A stretch of 60,409 nt of DNA, filler included, from Sphacelaria rigidula (lineage: Eukaryota): assembly GCA_964200075.2 (NCBI GenBank). It is 10 parts of 10 records of this genome, joined end to end, with 100 filler letters (N's around TTAATTAATTAA, not from the genome) between each part and the next. Parts side by side here need not be neighbours in the genome. Positions count along the whole stretch, not along the records: positions 1 to 5,951 come from CAXNAA020023268.1; positions 6,052 to 12,002 come from CAXNAA020023269.1; positions 12,103 to 18,053 come from CAXNAA020023270.1; 7 more parts are not named here. One strand, written 5' to 3'. A program made the translations under genes and the position numbers. The notes below the pieces were generated by a model, which was not told the DNA's origin, made no database searches, and worked only from the letters and a program-made list of their open reading frames with translations. Shown in pieces: positions 1 to 12,250 of the stretch (its first letter is position 1; each line of letters starts with the position of its first letter).

Positions 1-811
1 TGAGACCTTGAGGCCAGAAGAACTTGGGAGTCCCTCAACAGCATTTAGACGCTGCAGTACTAGCAAACCTGCTAGCGTCACAGATCACAAGCCGAAAGCA
101 GCAGCGGTATTGGGTACTGGGGAGAGGGATTGCCCCGAGAAGGCGATGCGATTGAGGGCGTACATTTTCCATTAAAGAAAAAAAAAAGATAGAGAATAAT
201 GTGATTTCGTAAAAGAAGGAAAAATGGAAACTAACACGTAATCTTTTTACTTGCTATGCATGAAACAAATAACATGTCGTGTCATTGAAAACGGCCCTGA
301 CCTTAGCGCTCGGGCTTTGTTCTGCTTTTCCCCTGAACATCATCCAATGAGAGGATGACAGAAAGGGCGTATGCTATCTATGATCTCTTGAAATATTTGC
401 AACATGTCATCCGTGGCGTATAGCGACGTCGAAGGGGGGCACACATTTTGTGGTGACGATTACACAGACCATTATTGATGATTGACCGAAGGATGATTAT
501 CCCAGCACAACGGCGGTCACTTGGGAACGTTTCCCATACACGTTGAAGACATTTTTCAAGCGACTATGCCAAAACGTGATGGTGTGGTAACGCGACATCA
601 ACTACCGGCCGAGCCGTGGCTACCGACCGCGCCAGGCGAGAGAGAGAGAGAATGAGAGAGAGAGAGAGAGAGAAAGCGCTTTCGCATGCGTGTGGAGGAG
701 TAAAGAGAGAAATGCATGATATGCCAACTGTTCGACGTAAACCAAGCGAGTAGCCGTCGAGGGAATGGACCGGATGGCGTCCGATGGTGTCGTGGCCTTT
801 TGTTTACTAAA

Positions 812-1057
812 GAGTCATGCTACGATTGGGGGGGGGTGTTTGATTCCACGAAAAAATGGGCTCACAAATGCTTCAGACGACCTAACACACTCGGGGTGCG
901 CTTGTATGTGGGTCAAAGCAGTTTCAAGCAATATGAATGAGCGTTATTTATCCGAAGCAATCGTGTTTGAACAACCGCTGCTGCTATTAACGACGATTTC
1001 AAAAATAATTCCGTTGAAAAAAAGACCCAAAATACCCCCCCTATCGTAGCATGACTC
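812..1057. mobile_element. ~245-bp MITE (family A)
   Basis: TIRs GAGTCATGCTACGAT(T)GGGGG / CCCCCTATCGTAGCATGACTC; TAAA on both flanks (808-811, 1058-1061); diverged second copy at 53299-53553. Confidence 0.8.
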
Positions 1058-1252
1058 TAAACATGAAGCACACCGTACTAGTTGAATTTACAATGGTGTC
1101 ACTACACTCAGTAACCTTAGATACAAGTGCTGTCACGGGTTGTTTGTGTATGCACGGATTTCCCAGGATTTAGTGACTAGTACAGTAGCTCTATGTTTTT
1201 TTTTTGTATTTGCCATCAAGACATCTCACTCATTCTATGGTGGACTTCGTCG

Positions 1253-1420
1253 TCAAACCTCTCCCCTGCCCCCCCCTCCGAAGATACACGGAAAATCGCC
1301 TTCCGAGCACGAGTTGTTCGCCTCCATGGATTGGCGATTGTAGCTGGCAGTAACAGGTGGTGCCCAAAAGGGTTTGTCCAATCGAAGGCCCGAGAAGGAC
1401 CATCGCAAGACGTCGTGGAC
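1253..1420 (-). CDS. L-type (legume-like) lectin-domain protein, last exon (VHDVLRWSFSG...stop)
   Basis: CCTCAG acceptor, phase 0; joins exon 3590-3694 to give WQ|VHDVLRWSF, the end of the L-lectin fold; TGA at 1255-1253. Confidence 0.8.
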   Translation of the reverse strand, partial: VHDVLRWSFSGLRLDKPFWAPPVTASYNRQSMEANNSCSEGDFPCIFGGGGRGEV

Positions 1421-2649
1421 CTGAGGCGCATGGGGTGGCAGAGGACAGGTGGGGGGGTAGTCGCGCATTGAGGCGATATTGGGTTCGGGCGGGGATACTA
1501 GAGGAAACAGAGCAGGCCGTATCCTACCGGCCATTAACCTCGCGCCCCTATGGTGTCGGGGCGGGGCGATACGCTGGGGGGTGGCCGGCCCAGGCTGCTT
1601 GCCACAAGCATGGTGCTAGCTACCAGCCATCATCCTTGCGTTGTAAATACCATGGCGTTTCGGACACGGTGTGTTGGGCATCGCAGGCAATCATAGGCAG
1701 AATATTGAGCGGTCGTACGTGATTGTCCCGGTGTGAGTTTTTGACGCGCATTCACCGATCCACCACGAATACAGCCGCAGTCAGAACATAGAATTCTTCA
1801 AGGTGGATGAACAGGCGAGGAGAAAAACTCGACGAAACTCGAGCAAGCAGACGGAAAATTTCTACATAGGCGCCGGACTAAGAGATTGGAATTGTTCTGA
1901 AAAACGCCCGACGGGTCCCTCCCAGAGCTTCATAGAGGAGGTCGTACAAAGAGCAAGGTCGTGGGAATGAGGTATCGATATAAGTATATGGAGGTCGCAC
2001 CTTTTGAGAGGCACTCCCAGGCGCGAATTCTGCATGAAAGGAGAGCAAATGATGCCCCGAATCAGTGAAATAATAAATTAATCATAACGAAACCAAGCAG
2101 CAACTTAGCAGATGAAAAAACATGAAGAGTGGGGGAAAACAGAAAAAAGGAAGCAAAAGGAAAAGAAGGAGAAGAAACTCAGAACGATTTTAAACATGAG
2201 GAGGCAACAGACTACGTAGCGACTCCGGAGCTACAAGCAAAGGATAAAACACAACAACCAACAGGGCAGGAGAGGAGTTGCAGTTCCCGCGAGACTCCCA
2301 CTTCCCCTTCTCATCTCCATTCAGGGACACGGTGAACCAACCTCTCGGTAGTTACTTCTCATTTAAATTCCTTGTGGGCTGTCGTAACCGTTATTGTACC
2401 AACGATGTACATATGGCCGCTTGTACATATTATCCACATTTCGTAACGCCTCGAGTTTATGGTATGTTATGGATACACTGGATAGCGCGCGTTCATCGCG
2501 AATCGTGTGTAGGCGTAATCATTGTCTCGTTTGCCTGATTCCGCTTTGTGTAACCAAATCGAAACCCATCTGCACCCCTGGACATCCGTTTCCTCCACCC
2601 AATTTGCGCTGCAAGCACGCTGTACAACTCATCCACAATATAGGGACGT

Positions 2650-3520
2650 TACAAGTGCGTAGTATGGACAACGCGTACCACTCGCCACCCGTGTTGCGGC
2701 TCTCCCATACTCGCGGCTGTAAGCACAACAACCTCGTGCTTGGGGTGTAGGTTGGATTGGGCAAGGTCTTCGCATCGCCATGGCTTCTTAAACACCCCTA
2801 CCTCCTCCTCGATCCTCAGGTGCCATTTGCCCACATTCGGAGCAGAATTTCATCTACTCTTGTGAGCTTTTGACCCTAGCATCATTAACTAATCACTTCG
2901 TCTTTCCTCGCATAGGGTGAGTCAGTCTCCAGGGAACGCAGACTATCCTACAGACGGTCTTCAAGTGTTCGGGGAGCCGGTCGGCCCTCCTTCCATCCTC
3001 CCTGTGTATCCCATGTTTCGAACATGATATTCTTCGGGAGACATGTTTTCGCCATGGCGGTCGAGGGCCCCCGCGAGCCAAAGTTGACGCCTAGGGATGA
3101 TTGTTTCGATACGTTCGCATTCGGAAATATCGTGTGCGGCTCTGTACGAACGAATCTTGTGTCCAGTGTGACCTTCCCTCCGGAGACCAACTGGTCGCTG
3201 TCCGAGCTTGTGGTGGGCAGTGCCTAGCACTCTCGCACAATATAGCTTCGACCACTTTCGCTGTGAGCAGCCTAACTGTACCCCAGCAACTTGAACTTGG
3301 AGTAACACCTTGCTTGCGCGCCCTTTATGGATTATCATTGAAACATTGTATTGGGCGGAGGTGTGCATTATTCCCCCAAGTTACGATAAATATCAATCGC
3401 TCCTAAATATAAACAACGGCAGTTCAACGGGGGAGCACTTCGCCGAGGATTGTCCGTTCGCCTTTCTCAGCGATCTTCGGACGATACGCGCGAGTTCAGG
3501 AACTGAACGCGGGTTGGCAA
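2650..3520 (-). mobile_element. Decayed 3' fragment of an RTE-like LINE in the lectin-gene intron
   Basis: Translations TAHHKL...SYR...CERIETIIPRRQLWLAGAL and GKWHLRIEE match the C-terminus of the LINE ORF at 8441-9370. Boundaries approximate. Confidence 0.8.
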
Positions 3521-3589
3521 CGTATGGGTAGGTTGTATCACGAACATGGATACGCGATAAACGGTCGTGCTTCCAGGGAACGTGCACAC

Positions 3590-3694
3590 CTGCCAAGTGT
3601 CTCTCCCTGTCGCCGCCGTGAAGCCTACGAACGCCCTTCCATGGTGCAGGCGCAGAGTGCTCTCCAGATTTAGTGGAATCACGAGACACGGCTC
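3590..3694 (-). CDS. L-type lectin-domain protein, internal exon (EPCLVIPLNLESTLRLHHGRAFVGFTAATGRDTWQ)
   Basis: AG/GT bounded, 105 bp; AFVGFTAATG is the signature L-lectin motif. Confidence 0.85.
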
Positions 3695-4256
3695 CTGATC
3701 AAGTGGCGAACGGTTAGGCATTGGCATCAAGCAAGCGCATACCAGTGTATTTCCGATATCATCAGAAAGAACGCCAGGTGTGAGCTGGGGCAGCAAACGA
3801 ATCGAATACTGTACACACACTTATACGCCGTAATCGGTGGCATTCCCACAGTATCGGAGTGTATACGTAAAACGCGATGGGGGCGTTTTCATGCACATCA
3901 CTTTGCTCAAGGAAGGAAGCTGCGGTGGAACATGACAGTGCAGCTTTTACAGTACTTTGTACAAAGGGCTAGAACGGCTCGAGATCGAACTGCCCTGGAG
4001 AAATATGGCTAATTTGGTGAATCCCCAAGTCCGCACAGATTCGAGATAAAAAAGACAATCCCGTTCACAGCTTGATCGAGCTGACGTGAAAGTTTCACGC
4101 GTAGCGCGTATTTCGTTTCACGTCGGTGTTGCTGGATAAATCGCATCGCTGAATCGAGTCCAAGGCTCATTTAAGCACGGATATACAGCACAATTGAATA
4201 AAAACTAGAGGGACACGTGAGGGGCATTTGACGTCCGACATAACAGGGGAACTCAC

Positions 4257-4351
4257 GTGAAGGTTGTTAACGTACACGCTAAGGATCCCGATGCCAGTTC
4301 CCCAGTCTGCCATCCCTCCCTCCGAGAAGTCGTTGTTTGACATGAAGTGCC
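4257..4351 (-). CDS. L-type lectin-domain protein, internal exon (GHFMSNNDFSEGGMADWGTGIGILSVYVNNLH)
   Basis: AAG acceptor, GTGAGT donor; phase 1 start and phase 0 end match both neighbouring exons. Confidence 0.7.
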
Positions 4352-5285
4352 CTTATCAGTTTGGACAGGAAGGATAGAATATGTTTTCGTAGATGGGTGT
4401 GCTGAGAAACGGAGAAGGATCTGCGACAAAGACTGGTCCATATTGCCGCTGGACGACGCGTACACGAACGCAGGATAATGACTAAAAACGCTAGGCGAGC
4501 TGTACATGTTGTAAAACCGAACCCCCACTAGTTCTAGGCTACTTACCAATCCTGATCATATCAAACGTAGGGTCAGTGACATCGTGTTCAATGTTCTCTT
4601 TTATTCTAGGACTGCCGCTGACGTTGTAACAATGGAGCGGACTCCTTTCGGACACAAACAGGCACCAGATGGTGTACGTCACCTGGGATCATAAAAAAAT
4701 CTCGATCGCACAGCGACGAAGGACTGACTGAGCCATATCCATGCAAGAAAGATGTAACAAGAAGAGGTTTTCGAAAATGTGTATCATGTGATGTGACTGC
4801 CCACGAGGTCGTATCTGCCTACGATATAAACAAGAAAATCTAATTTCGTATGTTAGTTCGGATGCAGTACCTTCGAAGTAAATAGCGTTACGCCACGTTT
4901 ATGACCATTTCTGGCGGTGGTGAATGATCGAATGTTTTGAACCACTCCGAGTATTTAAAATGCCTCGCAAACCACGTACACAGCGCTCCCAAAGCTTACT
5001 TGGCTTCCACAGTGCTTCCATGGTGAACGGAGAGTACCCCACAGCGCCCACACCGGTAGCCAAAGTGTACTAGGCGCGTGTGCTCGACTGCACGAAATAT
5101 GAAACAAAGTCGTGAACTTGAGCTACGTTTTTCAATTCGACGCCACAAGCGATTGTCAAGCTGTTTATTTTTTACATTGCGACGTTGATGCAAAACTATC
5201 GACACATTGGAATGAGCGCGCGATGTCCAAGTGAAAAGCGCCACGTCCCTGTGAGCAAGTCGTCGAGATTATCGACTTGACTCAC

Positions 5286-5452
5286 CAGCGTGCGCGGTGG
5301 CTTGGAACGCATCCCCCCCGAAGATATCTTGCGGTTGCACTATTGGCCTGTACACAACCCTTGTCACTATCTCCCCGTCAGTAAGGTCGGGGACATTCGG
5401 CGTGGAGCCCAACGAGTAGGAGTCGTGAGCGCTGCCCGCATCCCTCCACCCC
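5286..5452 (-). CDS. L-type lectin-domain protein, most 5' exon seen (GWRDAGSAHDSYSLGSTPNVPDLTDGEIVTRVVYRP...AHA)
   Basis: CTCAG acceptor, GTGAGT donor in phase 1; SLGST..VPDLTDG...RVVY resembles the lectin strand before the VGFTAATG motif; upstream exons not identified. Confidence 0.7.
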
Positions 5453-5951
5453 CTGAGTTTAATCAACGTTTGCGAGAACTCTCGCATCAGCACCTTGCTT
5501 TTCTACATGCTACACGCGAATAGCAACGCCATGAAATAAAGAACACCATCTCGCCCTAAGCCTGATAAATATCCCAGATCTAACAGCGAGCCTGCATGTA
5601 TTTTTTGCCTAGTTGCACATCAACCGAAGTCGTTACTGTTATCGTACATCCTGAGGATGCTCCCTAACTGTAAGCTGTGCTGATTCGAAAACTCTTGTAG
5701 CTTAGAGCAGAGGTGACGTTTGAGCTCTGTCCAAAGTTCCGACAAAACGCGTTCGCTTGAGGCACAGCTGGAGAAAGCGATCGCCCTATTGTGTCATAGT
5801 CCAGTCGTGCATTGTCTTGCACACTGTTAACAGTTCGAGTTCTGCCGTCGTCGGCCATGAGTGACCCTGTGAGGTATGGGGGGGGGGGGGGGGGGGGGGG
5901 GGTTTCCCCCAAAAAAAGGGGGGGGAGGGGGGAGGCGAAACCACCCCCCCC

Positions 5952-6051
5952 NNNNNNNNNNNNNNNNNNNNNNNNNNNNNNNNNNNNNNNNNNNNTTAAT
6001 TAATTAANNNNNNNNNNNNNNNNNNNNNNNNNNNNNNNNNNNNNNNNNNNN
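5952..6051. other. Artificial contig-joining linker (N44-TTAATTAATTAA-N44); same linker at 12003-12102, 18054-18153, 24105-24204, 30156-30255, 36207-36306, 42258-42357, 48309-48408, 54360-54459
   Basis: Identical 100-bp spacers with stops in all six frames recur every 6051 bp; segments between are 5951 bp (last 5950), i.e. length-sorted contigs concatenated. Confidence 0.98.
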
Positions 6052-6240
6052 GCTTCTCGTTTTCCTTTGTTCTCTTCTTTCTTTTCTTACTATCTGCGTT
6101 CAACCTCCCGCCCCACGTTGGGGAGCGGGGGGGGGGGGGGGGGGGAAGGGGGGCTATCGTAGAAAGTGTCCCCTGTGGTTTTGGGAACAAAACAGGGTAG
6201 TGCACTTTTCTGTTTAGGGCGCGGCGCTGCACGCGGGACA

Positions 6241-6442
6241 GTTAGCTTCACCAGAATTCCGAATACCGATGTCTGCACTCAAATCAAGCAAATAAGTGTG
6301 GATGGAGTGGTCCCGAAGTGGGACGAACGACACTGCAACAAGTTAGCTCCACCAGAATTCCGAATATCAATGTCTACACTCAAACCAAGCAAATAAGTGT
6401 GGATAGAGTGGCCCCGAAGTGGGACGAACGATACTGCAACAA
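6241..6442 (+). repeat. Tandem duplication, 2 x 101 bp
   Basis: GTTAGCT(T/C)CACCAGAATTCCGAATA...CTGCAACAA at 6241-6341 and 6342-6442 with scattered substitutions. Confidence 0.9.
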
Positions 6443-6949
6443 GACGGTCGAAAGAAGGCGGCCAAACAAATTACACGCGTGCAGCCGGCGGGCGGATACA
6501 CTACCGTTCGGACATGTGTGCCGGTAAGACTTTTGAATCATGTTTGTATCTTTACACTGTCGGATCTTTAGGGTCTGAGGGCCAACCAGCAGCGGGTTGC
6601 ACTTGCTTGGTCGTTGGATTTCGGCCTTTTTGGCGAGGTGTAATCTCACAAAAAGGTATTATTGTGGCTGCTCGGCAAATCTTCCGCGAAGCCCACGGTA
6701 CGATCGCCACTTGACAAAAAAAGGGATGTCAAGCATAAAAGGGTACGCAAATGAACAAAAAAGGGAATGATACACTTTTAGTAGAGAGTCGGATGTACCC
6801 TGCTGGTTTGTTGACAAAAAGGGGGTACTCTGACAGGTTTTGCTTCTCCGCCCCATAGTGAATCCCAATGCCATGTGACGAAAAAAAAGAGGTCGAGCAT
6901 GCTGCCCAGGCACCTTGGGCGTGGGGCTGAGGCACTGGAACGTGTTTGT

Positions 6950-9930
6950 TTTCGAGGTGCTCGGATCCTTGGTCGCTTCGCACACAACAGACCTAGACGA
7001 ATCCCAACTGGGCGTACACCGATCGACAGACGGGCAATAGTATCTGACCCCGTCAGACGTGAGCAGCTCACCCAGCTAGCTCATCATCAGCGAGCTCGAA
7101 CAGAGTATACCTGGTGATACAGTTAGTTCACTGGCTGCGAACTTTGCCGACGTACTCTTGAGTGCCGCTAAAAAGGTGGTACCCCGTCTGACCCCAAAGC
7201 CACGTATATCGGGGTGGTTCGAGGATGCTGAAATCAGAACGGAATTCGAACTCGCTTGGATGGAGAGAGAAAGGGCGAGATCAACGGTGAGACTGGGGTC
7301 ATCTCGAGATAATTTCGCATGGCGCACATTGCGAACGGCATGCAAAAAGAAAAAGAAAAAACGATCCAAGTTGGGGTTGACAAATATATGGATGTGTATG
7401 CTAGAGAACTAGAGGAGCATATTCGAGCCGGGGACATGAGAGGATGGTACAGACATCTCAACGGAGGGTGGAGACTGTCTGGACGACCAATCGAGAGTGA
7501 ACAGTATATCCGAGATGAGGACGGCAATTTACTGCGGGACAGAGGTTTGATCAGTGGGAGATGGGAACGGTACTTTTCTACATTGCTGAACGCCATATCG
7601 GCAACTATCGACCGCACCGTCATCGAGAAGATTGCTCAACGACCAACCGCGTTGTCACTAGGAGACCGACCAAGCCCAAGCGAAACTGTGGAGGCTCTGA
7701 GAGCTATGTCGAACGGCAAAGCAACCGGTCCGGATGGTATTCCGGCTGAAATCCTGAAGCTTGGACTCAACGGGGAGGCGTCGGACATTTTGTACCACTT
7801 CCACGACATCGTCTTTGCGGTTTGGACATCTGGCGAGGTGCCGCAAGAATGGAAATATGTCACCATCAAAGTGCTACACAAAAAACAAGATAGGACCCAG
7901 TGTAATAACTACAGACATTTCAGTTGTGCCACATACTGCTAGAGTTCTCCTCAAAATCGTAGCCAACAGGCTCGGTGATTTTTGTGAGAACACAGATGTC
8001 TTCCCGGAAGAGCACTGTGGATTCAGGCGCCAAAGATCGACCATAGACATGATGCTCGTAGTACGCCGACTCCAGGAGTTGGGACGGGCGAGCAACATCC
8101 CAATAAACATGTGCTTTATCGATCTGCAGAAAGCCTACGATTCTGTAGACCGCACGCTCCTGTGGGAAGTGCTTTCTCGATTCGGAGTCCCGTCGCGAAT
8201 GATCTCGATCATCCGTATCTTTCACGACGGCATGCAAGCTCGAGTACAGCTCGATAGTGGCGAACTATCAGCGTGGTTCGACGTCTGCCAGGGACTCAGA
8301 CAAGGTTGCGTTTCGTCTCCGCTGTTGTTCAACATCTTCGGAGCAGACTTGGTGGAAGTGATCGTCCAGCGGTTTGCGGCGGACCCACTGATCGTCTCAG
8401 ACTTGGTCTTTCTAGATGACAAGGTGTCGGTGGTGAACCCGTGGAAGAGACACCACTGGAAAAGGTGCGACGCGCGGTGTGGGCAATGCTTTATGCGGAC
8501 GACGCCGGCATAGCCTCGAAGACCTCAGAAAGCCTTGCTCGAAGGATGGCCGTGATAGTGAGGACCTGCCAGGAATTTGGTCTAATGGTCTCCGACACCA
8601 AGACAGAGTTCATGCGCTCTTGGTCAGTACCCAGTCCCACGGAGGCCACCCTGGATATCAGAGCTGCCGGTCAACGGCATAAGCAGACGGGGAAGTTCAT
8701 CTACCTTGGTGGAGCTATCAGCGCGGATGCGAAAATGTCCATCGAAATCAACCGCCGTATCAGCGCGGCGTGGGCGCGTATCCGAAAATATAGCTCCCAA
8801 CTCTACCACCGACCCAACGCCGAGCTATCCTTGAAAGTTCGACTGCTTAAAGCGGAGGTGGTGGAAGCTCTGTTGTATGGGTGTGCCACATGGAGGCTAC
8901 GTTCTGAGGACTTCGACAGTCTGCGCACTGCCCATCACAAGCTCTTGCTGCGAGTGGTTGGATTCCGCAGGAACGATCGAAATGGCTACAAGATTATTTC
9001 GTACAGACTGGTGCTCGAGATGACCAACTGTGAACGTATCGATGCGACTATCCGCAAACGTCAACTCTGGTTCGCGGGAGCCCTCGTCCGGCAGAAGGAC
9101 GCACGCCTTCCCAAGCGTGTCGTGAACGGTCGGCTTTCCACACGAGGGCCCAAGGAGGTCGGCCGCCCCCCCAAGCAATGGGAGGATACCCTAAATTTAA
9201 AGGAGAACCTACGTGCGCTAGGGGCTGTCCCGCACAAAGGAGCCCGACGACAGTGGTTCGTATACGGTGTAGACGTTAACGATGCATACGATTGGGTTAC
9301 TGCGGCGAAGGACCTGGGCAAATGGCATATTGGAGTCGAAAAGGGAGCGGAAGAGTTTGAGGACACGTGACGACGCGCAGACAAGCGAGAATCAGACCGC
9401 CGTCACAAGCGAGAGGCTGCTGCGTCGAGGGCTGCCAATCGGAAAATCCTGTCCTCTCATATCGGTTGTTAATTATGCCCTTAGTCGGTGGCTCTGCGGT
9501 ACCCACTGGTGTGTGTCTGTATCTACTCTGCTGCCCTGAATACCTTAGGCCTTTTCTTTTCCTTCTTTTTTCCCATCGTTTCATTACATTTTATTTTGTT
9601 TGCTTCGTACTTTCCTCTTCTTTTCCCTTTTCTTGTTTTAGGTCGGCCATTTCTTGCTGGGCTTTGCCTGTGTTGACTTCTTATTACATTTTTTGTCACG
9701 ACTTTTTCTGCTATTTCGTTCTGTTCGACCCCTTTTTTTCCTTCCATTTTTTTTCTTTTTCTTTTCTGTTCCTGTTTTTTCTGTTCCGTTTTTTCTTTTT
9801 TCTTTCTTATTATCTTCTTTCCTTAGAGCGTGTTTCGGTTTCGTTTTTCTTGGCCACATCTACCATGAGACCACGGCTGGACCCCTGGGGGGTCAGTTAA
9901 AGTGCGACAAATCAAACAAAAAAATCAGCC
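6950..9930 (+). mobile_element. Non-LTR retrotransposon (RTE-like LINE); reverse transcriptase ORF broken by frameshifts, 5'-truncated
   Basis: ORFs 7319-7942, 7761-8513, 8441-9370 give KATGPDGIPAE, FIDLQKAYDSV, GLRQGCVSSPLLFN, MLYADD, FIYLG and an RTE-type tail (RQLWFAGALVR...RLPKRV) with no CCHC; T-rich 3' UTR ending near an A-rich (aaatc-like) tail. Confidence 0.9.
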
Positions 9931-11101
9931 CGCGCGCAGCGCCGCATCTCGAACCGAAAAGTGCACTGCTCTTCGCTGTTTCAAAACCACAGGAAATATC
10001 CTTTCTTGTATATTCCCGACGCAAATACCCCAGTATGATGACGTACAAACACATACACTCGCGGGAGTATGACGCAACAAAGTCAGTACCATGACATGGC
10101 GTGGCATGGCGGATACACGGACACGTCACACTAAAGTACGACACAACGCGTACGAAAACCCCGCACACCTGGGGAACAACCCACGCCTCCGAGCGACAAA
10201 GCGTCCTCCTGGAGTTTCTGGCGTACAGTCCCCGCAGAAGACGCTCCGCGAATCCCGCAAAAAATACACCGAAGTGGTCGGCGGCCGGCTTATCCGCCTG
10301 ATCATACTGCCATAAAAATAAAAAATAAAACGGTAAGGCAAAATGCGCACGCACGTATGTACGCGAATACATCAGAGTGTAGTTGGCTAATTCGTCGAAT
10401 AATGCGAACGAACAACAGGCAAAATCGCACGAAGTACATTGAGGCTTTGACAATATTATTTCGAGAAAAGGGGATAGGTGCACACATGAACTCGCAGAAC
10501 GGGGCTGCTGAACAGACCAGCTGGCTCCAAGTCTTCCGTCGATCGTTGCATCGCCATGCATTCTACTCGAACAAAATACCTTGCTACACCAACTGTCGGA
10601 GAAGACGGTGCAACTTCAAGGGCAACTCGTCGTAGCCACGCTATGCCGGTTTCGGACGCCAGTCAGGTCGAAACAGCTTGGGACATGGTGGCGGCGAGGG
10701 GGGGGGGTATAGCATTGCGGCTGCAGGGAACAATCAATGCACCGATGCGAGAGAGGGGAACACTTCATTTATCACAAGTACAACGCTACCGATTTCACAG
10801 CCGTCCGTCTAGGGGACGCGAGACGTTTGTATCCCAAACGTTCTCGTAGTGTAGACGAAATTTCTGAACCAAAAAGACGGCAGTTGGAGAATGACTTTAG
10901 AAAATGGCTCTCACCTCCCAACAGAAGGCGAAGAGGGGGCGCTTGAGCCCCCTGACGAGCGTGTTGATGTGATGAAGCGGCACCGGCTGGCCGCCATCGT
11001 ATAGCTCGCCATCGTCCAGCACCACCAACAGATGGGCGAACAGACACGTCATGACGGCCAGGCTAGCGTGCAGGCCTACGTTTTTTGCATATTACGGGCA
11101 G

Positions 11102-11178
11102 ATATCACGGAGAACCCAACACGCGCAAACGAGCTATGGATAATGGATCAAGACAAAAATGGGAGTATCTCTTCAGAG
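11102..11178 (+). CDS. Possible isolated exon with EF-hand-like loop (MDQDKNGSISSE)
   Basis: GGCAG acceptor after a T-rich tract, GTGAGC donor; D-x-D-x-N-G-x-I-S pattern. Partner exons not found. Confidence 0.35.
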
Positions 11179-11907
11179 GTGAGCACAAGACAAAACCTGC
11201 GGCAACTCTTGCGGGCAATCCCTTCTATACCGTGCTAGATCTACTCACCAACGATCGCCCGACTTGACAAGAGGCTACTTAGGAGGAACGGGGGGAGAGT
11301 TTTTCGTTCCACACGGCTTTGTTCCGCCTAAATCCTTGCTGCGGACATGCGGTTAATCGTCTGTATCTCATCATACCGCTGTTGCATGCTGCCTCTACGC
11401 CAATTCGCGGGTGAAAATTGACGTCGTGATTTTCAGGTGTATGAGACAACTAGCAAGACAACACTGTAATACAGGACGAGATAGTCGAACGTGCATACAC
11501 CACCATGATCTACAGGATCATTCGTCTGCAAGAAGGGTGGGAGCTGCCACCTCAGACCTTGGTAGACGATAGAGAATACTGACGTGTCGCTGGAGTGTGT
11601 GACCCCCTGATACTACATCGTATTTGCCTGTGAGGGAGTGAATGCTACATGTGATTGGATGCATATGGACCTCCTGGTGGAAGGTCTTCACCAACACTAC
11701 AACAGTACGACACTGCGATTATACAGTACGCATATCATAGTGCACTACACAGCACAGAGTAGAGTCAACTGTTTCCTATATGTTTTCGGGGTGTCAATGG
11801 GACAATCGACAACAGCCTGCGCCTGGGAGACTTTTTACACCAACCGAAAATTAGTGGCTGGATTGCTATCCGCAATTACACCTATATTCCTGAACCAAGT
11901 GAAGGGG

Positions 11908-11974
11908 CGTACTCATTTGTTGCTTGCCTTAGTCATTTGACCATTGACCACGCATCCCTCTCGAGACGGAGCAC
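11908..11974 (-). mobile_element. 67-bp extreme 3' end of LINE family B with a 15-bp target-site duplication
   Basis: Matches the 3' end of the LINE at 59145-60409; flanked by AACCAAGTGAAGGGG at 11893-11907 and 11975-11989. Confidence 0.75.
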
Positions 11975-12250
11975 AACCAAGTGAAGGGGGGGGGGGGGGG
12001 GGNNNNNNNNNNNNNNNNNNNNNNNNNNNNNNNNNNNNNNNNNNNNTTAATTAATTAANNNNNNNNNNNNNNNNNNNNNNNNNNNNNNNNNNNNNNNNNN
12101 NNCTGCATCCGCCCACCAAGAAGGTGCCCGGGTGCCGGGCACAGCGGATGAAAGCCTTGTCGTAGAACAGGTGGGTGTTTCCCAGATCCCGAACAGATCA
12201 GCACCGCTTCCTGCCGACCCCTCGGAATCTATGTTGAAGAAAAAGTAGCG

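Noticed and set aside
637..672. (GA)n microsatellite; also (ACT/ACG)n and (GCT)n near 47205-47370
   Set aside because: Ordinary simple repeats.
9367..10094. Phe/Leu-rich ORFs resembling membrane proteins
   Set aside because: Translation of the T-rich 3' UTR of the LINE.
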